Source of the DNA: a bacterium
GTDB lineage: Bacteria; Hinthialibacterota; Hinthialibacteria; Hinthialibacterales; Hinthialibacteraceae
DNA: 64,000 bases
Assembly: GCA_963662285.2 (NCBI GenBank)
Contig: CAXXMV010000006.1
Location: 1,184,001-1,248,000, forward strand
Direction of reading: 5' to 3'
This document shows, piece after piece, positions 56,516 to 64,000 of the stretch; positions within the stretch are counted from its first letter, which is position 1; each line of letters begins with the position of its first letter. The translations under genes and the position numbers were made by a program. The notes beneath the pieces are model-generated. The model saw only the letters and a list, made by a program, of their open reading frames with translations. It was not told where the DNA came from and searched no databases.

Positions 56516-57388
56516 TTATAGTTTTTTCTTCCACTTCCCAAAATCAGTTTCAATATCCGGGGTCCATTTGCGGTCTATTTGGCCTGGGGTGTATTTTCCT
56601 TCGCGGAGCATTTGGTGGCCGAAGTTGTCTCGTAGGCGGATGTTTTCTGAGGTGGTTACTACTTCTTCAGCCAGATGCGGGGGGATGAAGATTACTCCTT
56701 CGCGGCGTCCTAGGACTATGTCGCCGGGCATTACGGTGGCCTTGCCGATGCGGATGGGGATGTTGATGCCGGTCAGGGTTACGTCTGCTATGGCAGATGG
56801 ATCGACGCCGCGCACGAAGGTGCAGAAGTCGGGCAGGGCGTAAATGCCGTCCAGGTCGCGGATGCCGCCGTCGATTATCATGCCGGTTTTGGTTTTGGCG
56901 TTGATTGAGGTGGCCAGGTTATCTCCCGCGAAGGTTCCGTCGACTACTTTGCCGAAGAGGTCGATTACTATTACGTCGTTCTCTTGCAGGGTGTCGATGA
57001 TCCATGAGTTCTGGGCGCCGATGCGTTTATCCTGCTTGCCCAGTTTATTGGTAGCTTCATCAAGATCGGGGCGTTTGGGGATGAAAGCGGCGGTTACGGC
57101 TCGGCCTACCAGCACCCGGTCGGGATGCAGGTTCATCCAGTCGCCTTCGAATTGCAGAGTGTATTTGTGTTTGCGCAACACGCTCCAGGCTTCTTCGATG
57201 GTGACCTTTTTCATGCGCTCCAGAATATCATCAGGGACTTTGGGGCGTCCATCGTCGAACCGTTCATAGAGATTGAGTTTGGTGTATTCGATGCGCAACT
57301 CTTTGGATAATGCGCCATACTGCGCGTAAGAGGGGCTGGTGAAAACCAGGGCTAGTAAAACCGTTAATGAACAACTTATAAAACGCAT
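56516..57388 (-). CDS. RraA / HMG-CHA aldolase family protein with signal peptide
   Basis: GRAVTA.F.P.RPD, IDGGIRD, IGKATVMPGDIVLG..EGVIFIP. Confidence 0.85.
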   Translation of the reverse strand: MRFISCSLTVLLALVFTSPSYAQYGALSKELRIEYTKLNLYERFDDGRPKVPDDILERMKKVTIEEAWSVLRKHKYTLQFEGDWMNLHPDRVLVGRAVTAAFIPKRPDLDEATNKLGKQDKRIGAQNSWIIDTLQENDVIVIDLFGKVVDGTFAGDNLATSINAKTKTGMIIDGGIRDLDGIYALPDFCTFVRGVDPSAIADVTLTGINIPIRIGKATVMPGDIVLGRREGVIFIPPHLAEEVVTTSENIRLRDNFGHQMLREGKYTPGQIDRKWTPDIETDFGKWKKKL

Positions 57389-57426
57389 AATTTATTCTCC
57401 TTATCTATTTCTATGTTATTAAAAAC

Positions 57427-58817
57427 GGTTCTATAAAGAAATCTGTGGGTGAATGATAGCAAAAATACTTCGAATAGTAGAGGTATAAAAAAGACATCCG
57501 GTCTCTTATCCTGAAAGAATGAAATCAGCGAAAAATCATCAACCAGGAGGAAACCGGATGGATGTCATTAGAATCCTCAATCGTGTTCATAAAATCAAGG
57601 GGTATGTATATGCTTCTAGCAAATTTGGTGAATGGAATGGTAAAACATCCATAGAGGTAAAAGTCCGTGCTCATGTCAAAAGCCGCCCGATATGTTCATG
57701 CTGCGGAGAAAAAGGATCAGGTTATGACAGATTAGATGCGCGCCGATTTGAGTTTATCCCGATATGGGGATTAACCGTATTCCTGATCTATGCCATGCGC
57801 CGCGTGAATTGTCACCGCTGTGGAGTGAAAGTTGAAAAGGTACCTTGGGCCGATGGTAAACATGAATTAACGCATATCTATCAATGGTTCTTGGCGAGCT
57901 GGGCCAAGCGGATGAGTTGGAGCCAAGTGGCGGAAGCATTTCAAACAAGTTGGTACAATGTTTTTCATTCGGTTGAACGGGCGGTAGAATGGGGCCGCCA
58001 GCATGTGAACCTGGAAGGAATCACCGCCATTGGAATCGATGAAATGCAATGGGGCGGCGGCCATCAGTATGTGACAGTGGTATATCAAATCAATGAGAAT
58101 TGCAAACGGCTGCTGTGGATCGGGGAAAAAAGAAAGATCAAAACACTGTTGAAATTCTTCAGATGGTTCGGGGAAGAGCGTTCAAAAAAATTGGAATTTG
58201 TGTGCAGTGATATGTGGAAAGCTTATCTCAAAGTCATTCGCAAAAAAGCCAAAAGCGCGCTGAATGTATTGGATCGGTTTCACATCATGGCTCATATGAA
58301 CAAAGCCATAGATCAAGTCCGCGCTGGAGAATCCCGTGAATTGAAGGCCAAGGGATTAGAACCGGTATTAAAAGGAAGTCGCTGGTGGTTTCTGAAACGC
58401 CCGGATAATTTGACAGTCAAGCAGGTCGATAAATTAGCCAACGTGGTTCGATATAATCTGCGCACGGTGAGAAGTTATCTTCTCAAAGAGGAATTTCAAT
58501 TTTTCTGGGAATATAAATCAGCATGGTGGGCTGGACGCTTCATGGATCAGTGGTGTACTAAAACCATGCGCTCGCGAATCGAACCAATGAAGAAAGTGGC
58601 CAAGATGCTGCGCAACCATCGCGAACTGATTTTGAACTGGTTTCGGGCGAAAAAGGAGTTTTCTTCTGGAGTGGTGGAAGGCTTAAACAACAAGGCCAAA
58701 GTGACTACCAAAATGGCGTACGGTTTTCGAACCTACAAAGCGCTGGAAATCGCCTTATATCATACACTTGGCGATTTACCAGAACCAAATTTCACCCACA
58801 GATTTTTTTGAAGAGGC
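57427..58817 (+). mobile_element. ISL3-family insertion sequence (1391 bp)
   Basis: 27-bp imperfect IRs GGTTCTATAAAGAAATCTGTGGGTGAA / GCCTCTTCAAAAAAATCTGTGGGTGAA (rc); 8-bp direct repeat TTAAAAAC at 57419-57426 and 58818-58825. Confidence 0.93.
57558..58811 (+). CDS. ISL3 family transposase
   Basis: Zn-finger CSCC/CHRC, IGIDE, CSDMWKAY, LDRFHI, SGVVEGLNNKAK...AYGFR; GGAGG RBS before ATG 57558. Confidence 0.95.
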   Translation: MDVIRILNRVHKIKGYVYASSKFGEWNGKTSIEVKVRAHVKSRPICSCCGEKGSGYDRLDARRFEFIPIWGLTVFLIYAMRRVNCHRCGVKVEKVPWADGKHELTHIYQWFLASWAKRMSWSQVAEAFQTSWYNVFHSVERAVEWGRQHVNLEGITAIGIDEMQWGGGHQYVTVVYQINENCKRLLWIGEKRKIKTLLKFFRWFGEERSKKLEFVCSDMWKAYLKVIRKKAKSALNVLDRFHIMAHMNKAIDQVRAGESRELKAKGLEPVLKGSRWWFLKRPDNLTVKQVDKLANVVRYNLRTVRSYLLKEEFQFFWEYKSAWWAGRFMDQWCTKTMRSRIEPMKKVAKMLRNHRELILNWFRAKKEFSSGVVEGLNNKAKVTTKMAYGFRTYKALEIALYHTLGDLPEPNFTHRFF

Positions 58818-58906
58818 TTAAAAACTATGTTACTAAGAACTACGTTGAGTACCCGACATAAAAGTTTTGAAAATGTTCTCGACTAACCTTAATATTAGGT
58901 GGCTTA

Positions 58907-58946
58907 ATCAAGGGCTGAGCGCAATGCGCTCTTGCCCTTGGCACCC
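58907..58946. repeat. REP-like hairpin family B (inverted copy of 23765-23804)
   Basis: ATCAAGGGCTGAGCGCAATGCGCTCTTGCCCTTGGCACCC. Confidence 0.75.
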
Positions 58947-58981
58947 ATATTTTGCTTCCATCTTGGGGAAGGAGCATTAAC

Positions 58982-60343
58982 TTAACTCCACAGCCTATCG
59001 TGGGAGCGCATTTGATTCCATTCGGGGGTTGGTTTGAAAAATTCCGGTTTGTATAAATGTTCCTGGGCGGCTGCTTCATTCAACTCTACGCCTAATCCCG
59101 GAGCATCGGGAACTTGGATGAATCCGTTTTGTACAATTGGTTTAGGTACTCCGGTTACCAGATCATCCCACCAGGGGACGTCGACTGAATGGTTTTCCAA
59201 GGCCAGGAAATTATAGGTGGCGGCGGCGCAGTGGACATTGGCCATGCATGAGATGGGCGTTCCGGCGAAATGAAGCGCCATGGCTACGCCTTTTTCTTCG
59301 GCGTAGTCGCCAATCTTTTTGGTTTCCAGAATGCCTCCCGCCGTAGCCAGGTCGGGATGAATCATATCCACCGCGTGGGCGTCGATCAGTTTGATGAAAT
59401 CTTCTTTGAGGTAAATATCCTCGCCAGTCAGGGTGGGGACGTCGATGGCGTCAGTAATTTGCTTCCATAATTCGGTGTATTGCCAGGGGACTAAATCCTC
59501 CAGCCATGCGAACTGAAATGGTTGAAGCGCTTTGCCCAGGCGGATGCAGCTGTTAACTCCGATATGGCCGAAATGGTCGGCGGCCAGGGGAACCTCATAG
59601 CCTACTTGTTCACGTATGGCGGCTACGTATTCTGATAGGTGATTGATTCCCTTATCGGTTATTTGAGTTCCGGTGAATGGATGGGGAAGCGAGTAATTGA
59701 GTGAACCCAAAGGACTGGAAACAGTGTTGGGGATGTCTTTGAGCAGGCTGATTCCCAAATCCATTTTCAAAAAGGTGTATCCCAATTTCATTCTTTCTTT
59801 CATGCGTTGAGCGAATACTTTGGAATCGGGTGAGGATACGGTGTCGCAATACATACGAATTTTGTCGCGGTGTTTGCCGCCCAGCATTTGATATACCGGG
59901 ACGTCATAGGCTTTTCCGGCAAGGTCCCATAAAGCCATCTCGACTCCAGATACGCCGCCGCCCTGCCGGCCATGATGCCCGAATTGTTTGATGCGCTTGA
60001 AGAGTTTTTCTACATTACAGGGATTTTCTCCAAGAATACGGCTCTTGAGAAACAGGGCGTATTTTTCGCTGGCGCCGTCGCGCACTTCGCCCCAGCCGCA
60101 GATGCCCTGGTTGGTGTCGATGCGGATAATGGGGCAACGCATAGGCGCGTCTTTGATGACCGCGAAGCGCATGTCGGTTATTTTTAGATTGGAGGGGCTG
60201 GAATTGCGGTTCACATTACGGGCGCCGTATGCGATTTCTTCTTCAAAGGCGAAAGGAGAAGCAGCGGCCAGGGCTGATGCTCCGAGATATTTCATAAATG
60301 AACGTCGGTTTGAGTTGCGTGGTTGACAAATATTTTTTCCCAT
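58982..60343 (-). CDS. Tat-exported mandelate racemase / muconate lactonizing enzyme family protein
   Basis: NRRSFMK signal; GWGE, SGVEMALWDLAGKA..VPVYQMLGG, KMD, WLED, TGED, PGLGVELNE. Confidence 0.92.
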   Translation of the reverse strand: MGKNICQPRNSNRRSFMKYLGASALAAASPFAFEEEIAYGARNVNRNSSPSNLKITDMRFAVIKDAPMRCPIIRIDTNQGICGWGEVRDGASEKYALFLKSRILGENPCNVEKLFKRIKQFGHHGRQGGGVSGVEMALWDLAGKAYDVPVYQMLGGKHRDKIRMYCDTVSSPDSKVFAQRMKERMKLGYTFLKMDLGISLLKDIPNTVSSPLGSLNYSLPHPFTGTQITDKGINHLSEYVAAIREQVGYEVPLAADHFGHIGVNSCIRLGKALQPFQFAWLEDLVPWQYTELWKQITDAIDVPTLTGEDIYLKEDFIKLIDAHAVDMIHPDLATAGGILETKKIGDYAEEKGVAMALHFAGTPISCMANVHCAAATYNFLALENHSVDVPWWDDLVTGVPKPIVQNGFIQVPDAPGLGVELNEAAAQEHLYKPEFFKPTPEWNQMRSHDRLWS

Positions 60344-60466
60344 TCTGATTCTCCAATGCGCATATTAATTTGTTTTGAAAATAACATAAAATATATTACC
60401 GGGATAGAGCGATTATTGCATGAAACTGGTTCAATTCAGATTTGAGTATTTTTTGTGACAATCGCG

Positions 60467-61690
60467 CTAAACATACTGTCCAGCGCACCAGCCTGATGAC
60501 CATGCCCATTGGAGATTATAACCTCCCAGCCAACCGCTCACATCAAGAACTTCACCAGTAAAAAATAGCCCCGCCACCTGACGAGTTTCCATAGTCTTGG
60601 GTGAGATTGCATTACAATCTACTCCCCCCATAGTCACTTCTGCGGTGCGGTATCCCTCTGTGCCGTTTGGCTTGATGGTCCATTGCTGGATCTGCTCTGA
60701 AATGTCCTTAAACTGTTTGTGGGATAGCGCCCCTATTGAGCTTTCGGCAAGATCACCAGGCGTTATTACAGCCGCAAGACGTTTGGGTAAATATTCCGCT
60801 AACACTGATGTCACCTTCCGCTTCGGGCGTTGTTGTTGCTGTTCTTTCAGCGTTTCGAATAGATCAATTCCTGGCAACAGATTGATCGTAATATCCTCGC
60901 CGGGGCGCCAATATGATGACATTTGCAAGATGGCAGGGCCGCTCAAACCCCGGTGGGTAAATAAGATGTTTTCACGAAAACTCTGTCGTTTGTTACTGAC
61001 AACGGCATCAACCGCAATACCCGATAAGGTTGATAGTTGCTCTTTATCTTTGGGTTGCAGGGTGAAGGGAACTAAGCCGGGAGATTGCGGCCATATCTTG
61101 ATATTAAACTGCTCTGCAATTTTATACCCCAAGGGGCTGGCGCCTATGGTCGGTATGGATAATCCACCCGTAGCAACGACTAACGACTGGCAGTTATAAT
61201 CGCCCCGGCTGCTATTTACTTTGAAATGATGGTCGCCTAATTGTTCAATCTTTTCAATAGTTGAATTTAGTTGAAAAGATACCCCGGCCTGTTTGCACTC
61301 AGATAACAACATATCCAGAATGTCACGTGAACTGCCGTCGCAGAAGAGTCGTCCATGTTCGCTCTCGTTGAAGGCGATATTATGCTGCTGCACCAAGGTC
61401 AAGAAATCCTGAGAAGTGTAGCGACTGAGAGCCGATTGGCAGAAATGCGGATTATGGGAAATATAGTTTTCGAAATTTATGCAGTAATTGGTGAAATTGC
61501 AGCGCCCGCCGCCGGACATCAAAATTTTCCGCCCCGGCTCCTGGGCATGATCAATAACTAGCGTCTTGCGTTCACGCTTGCCTGCTTCAATTGCGCACAT
61601 CAATCCTGACGCTCCGGCGCCAATAATGATGACATCTGTTTTCCCGGTCGACAGGGAATGCTGTTTGATCACACGTTCTTTTGCATCCAC
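60467..61690 (-). CDS. HI0933/BaiN (YhiN) family flavoprotein
   Basis: IIGAGASG, GRKILMSGGGRCNFTN, ATGGLS.P..G, LFTHRGLSGPAIL, AEVTMGGV, GEVLDV.GWLGGYNLQWAWSSG. Confidence 0.95.
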   Translation of the reverse strand: MDAKERVIKQHSLSTGKTDVIIIGAGASGLMCAIEAGKRERKTLVIDHAQEPGRKILMSGGGRCNFTNYCINFENYISHNPHFCQSALSRYTSQDFLTLVQQHNIAFNESEHGRLFCDGSSRDILDMLLSECKQAGVSFQLNSTIEKIEQLGDHHFKVNSSRGDYNCQSLVVATGGLSIPTIGASPLGYKIAEQFNIKIWPQSPGLVPFTLQPKDKEQLSTLSGIAVDAVVSNKRQSFRENILFTHRGLSGPAILQMSSYWRPGEDITINLLPGIDLFETLKEQQQQRPKRKVTSVLAEYLPKRLAAVITPGDLAESSIGALSHKQFKDISEQIQQWTIKPNGTEGYRTAEVTMGGVDCNAISPKTMETRQVAGLFFTGEVLDVSGWLGGYNLQWAWSSGWCAGQYV

Positions 61691-62130
61691 GTAATATAAG
61701 TTCCTTTGTTGGGGTTAAGCATTTGAGTTCACTGGCGCGTTAGAGTTCGGTGAGATGATTTGTTTTTTCTTCTATTAATTTTCTCATGACGATAAGACCT
61801 TGTCAACAAATGTCTCATTAAAATCATGTTTTCGTCAATGATATTCATGGTTCATGAAGGTAAATACTGAAAATATCGGCGTACCACTCACATCTAATAC
61901 AACTAACTTTCAATCGATTGATTCAGGCGTGCGTTTTATGAATTGCCTTGCCATAGATAACAATATAGGAATAGAATATAAAGGTAATGCAATCATAATG
62001 GATTATACAGCGGTGGGGAATCGTTCCTTTGATATTCTGGTTCGAAAAGATATATCGTGGTTGATAAGTTTATATGCTTACTGAAAGCGATGGATTTTTA
62101 AAATCGCTATAACGAAAAGGAAAATGTTCG

Positions 62131-64000
62131 ATGAAAAGAAAGGGAATTATTCAATCAGGCGTGGCATTGCTGGTATGCTTTATCTGTGCGGCGGCCTATG
62201 CGGATGCAACTTTATCGATTGGGCCTTATTTGAAATTCGTAACCCCGGAGAGCGCCGTCATATCATGGCGAACTGATCAACCAGTCAAAGCCAAGGTTGA
62301 GATTACAACCGGAGATAAAGTATTTGACGTTATCCAGGTTAACACATCGTCAACCAAGCAAAGCGTTACTGTTAAAAACATGGCGCCTAAAACACCATAT
62401 TGTTACCAGATCATTTTGCAGCCGGGTGAATCAGAGATTAAGAGTCCAACCTATGAAATAGATTGGAAGATGAATTATACCAAGCATCCATTGCCGGATG
62501 GAGCGTCTCTGTTTGATAACGCTGCTGATTATGCGCGGTATGCGAAAATGGCGCAGCAGATACTGAGCGACAGCGGCGTCACGAAAGGCTATTGCGTGGT
62601 TTATGGGTGCAGCGATGGACGTTTGGCTTATGAATTAGCCCGCCAAAGTGAATTGACTATCCTTGGTTTTGATGAAGATAAAAATCGCATTCAAGCCATA
62701 CGCAATCGATTGCTGAAGAGTAATCTCTATGGATCAAGGTTTACTTTTTATAACATCCAATCTCTTAAGGAACTTCCCCTGCCGGATTCATTCGCCAATT
62801 TAATTGTTTCAGAAAAATTGTTGGATGATGGCGTTGCTCCGGGAAGCGCCCAGGAATTGAGCCGCGTGCTGCGTCCTGCAGGGGGCGCGGTTTGGTTGGG
62901 ACAATTGAAAAAGCCACCGCAGACTTTCGCTAAAGAGAAACTGGTTGAGTGGCTCGGTGATCTTTCATACTCTTTTAAGTGGAATAATTCTGATGAGGCC
63001 GATTGGCTTACTTTTGAACGTCAGGGTTTAGTTGGCGCCGGTTCGTGGACTCATCAATATGGCAATAATTCAAACACCGCCAATAGCGGTGATTCATTGT
63101 TAGGCGCATCAAGTACTGAGGATATGGGCGTGCAGTGGATCGGGCGTCCAGGGGCTGATTTTGGTATTGACCGTAACCCAAGAATGCCGGCGCCGCTTGC
63201 GGTCAATGGGCGTCTATTCCATCAGGGCATGAATCGATTGGCGGCGCTAGACGCCTATAACGGCAGCATATTATGGTCGCTGGAGATTCCCGACCTGCGC
63301 CGGGTTAACATTCCCCGCGACGCCAGCAACTGGTGCGCCGATGATGATTATATCTATGTGGCGATTGAAGAGGAATGTTGGCAGTTAAATGCCGGTAATG
63401 GCGATTTGGAACAGGTATTCGTAATGCCTTCGACTGTAAATAGAGAGACTGATGAGTGGGGTTATATCGCCAGTGAGGGTGAACTTATCTTTGGCAGCAC
63501 TATTAAAAAAGGATCGGTCTACACTGATTTCTTTGGCAACAAAACCTGGTATGATCAAACTTCCGGTTTCGGGACGGGCAAAATATGCAGCGACCGTTTA
63601 TTCGCTTGCCAGAAAGAGAATGGCGCAACCGTCTGGCAATATGAAGATGGAGTGATTATCAATACAACCATTTCTATGGGAGGCGGCAAAATCTTTTTTG
63701 TCGAGTCACGCTATCCGGCGGTCAACAGTTTAACAACAAGCCGTGTTGAAAGCGCCGGCTTATGGCGTGATCAATACATGGTGGCGTTGGACGCTGAAAC
63801 CGGAAATAAGTTATGGGAAAAACCGCTTGATACTCATGACGGGATCGTGGTCTTCTTTATGCTGTATAGCGATGATTCCCTGGTGATTACCTCATCCGGC
63901 AATAACAAATATCACCTCTATTCTTATGATGCGCAGAATGGAAATGAGAATTGGAACAATTCTCATACTTGGCCGAACAATAATCACGGCGGGCATATGC
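62131..64000 (+). CDS. Secreted multidomain protein: FN3-like + methyltransferase-like + PQQ-type beta-propeller (runs off the window edge)
   Basis: Not in the ORF track because it is open at the edge. ATG 62131, MKRKGIIQSGVALLVCFICAAAYA; GPYLKFVTPESAVISWRT; GYCVVYGCSDGRLAYELA; FANLIVSE; RVLRPAGG; WTHQYGN; ALDAYNGSILWS. Confidence 0.85.
   Translation, partial: MKRKGIIQSGVALLVCFICAAAYADATLSIGPYLKFVTPESAVISWRTDQPVKAKVEITTGDKVFDVIQVNTSSTKQSVTVKNMAPKTPYCYQIILQPGESEIKSPTYEIDWKMNYTKHPLPDGASLFDNAADYARYAKMAQQILSDSGVTKGYCVVYGCSDGRLAYELARQSELTILGFDEDKNRIQAIRNRLLKSNLYGSRFTFYNIQSLKELPLPDSFANLIVSEKLLDDGVAPGSAQELSRVLRPAGGAVWLGQLKKPPQTFAKEKLVEWLGDLSYSFKWNNSDEADWLTFERQGLVGAGSWTHQYGNNSNTANSGDSLLGASSTEDMGVQWIGRPGADFGIDRNPRMPAPLAVNGRLFHQGMNRLAALDAYNGSILWSLEIPDLRRVNIPRDASNWCADDDYIYVAIEEECWQLNAGNGDLEQVFVMPSTVNRETDEWGYIASEGELIFGSTIKKGSVYTDFFGNKTWYDQTSGFGTGKICSDRLFACQKENGATVWQYEDGVIINTTISMGGGKIFFVESRYPAVNSLTTSRVESAGLWRDQYMVALDAETGNKLWEKPLDTHDGIVVFFMLYSDDSLVITSSGNNKYHLYSYDAQNGNENWNNSHTWPNNNHGGHM

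Noticed and set aside
56379-57310. Plus-strand ORFs 56379-56843 and 56844-57269 as extra cassette genes
   Set aside because: Antisense to the well-supported RraA-family gene and without recognisable features.
58938-58956. Second sigma-54-like site (TTGGCACCCATATTTTGC)
   Set aside because: GG-to-GC spacing is 12 rather than 10, and it overlaps a REP downstream of convergent genes.

Overview
A 64-kb bacterial chromosomal window with no rRNA, tRNA or CRISPR array that I can support. The gene content (many Sec/Tat-exported enzymes, a PQQ-propeller/methyltransferase protein, Gly-Met low-complexity tracts) suggests a diderm of a PVC-like or candidate lineage; this is inference only. It holds about 40 protein genes, including a partial alpha-2-macroglobulin, a moaA-moeA-mobBA cluster, hpnCDE, tricorn protease, dacB, panE, rpmA, a stand-alone IMP cyclohydrolase, glcD, a BpsA-like polyamine synthase and one intact ISL3 element with 8-bp target duplications. 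Three adjacent genes (yciH, a TPR gene, murJ) carry five single-base indels, most likely assembly errors. The main observations are: (1) a shared C-terminal [TV]-x-[VL]-x-x-W-x-[LV]-[YF] tail on unrelated exported proteins, a candidate protein-sorting signal; (2) an AT-rich, tightly coupled three-gene cassette (TIGR04255-like + small ORF + possible PemK/MazF-like protein), a candidate toxin-antitoxin or defence module; (3) several REP-like hairpin families that repeatedly sit inside local tandem amplifications (17x85 bp, 5x142 bp carrying a variant glcD 3' end, 3x140 bp in front of a sigma-54 promoter); (4) an apparently exported, domain-permuted PEP-synthase-like protein and a LexA/CI-like repressor that appears catalytically dead.
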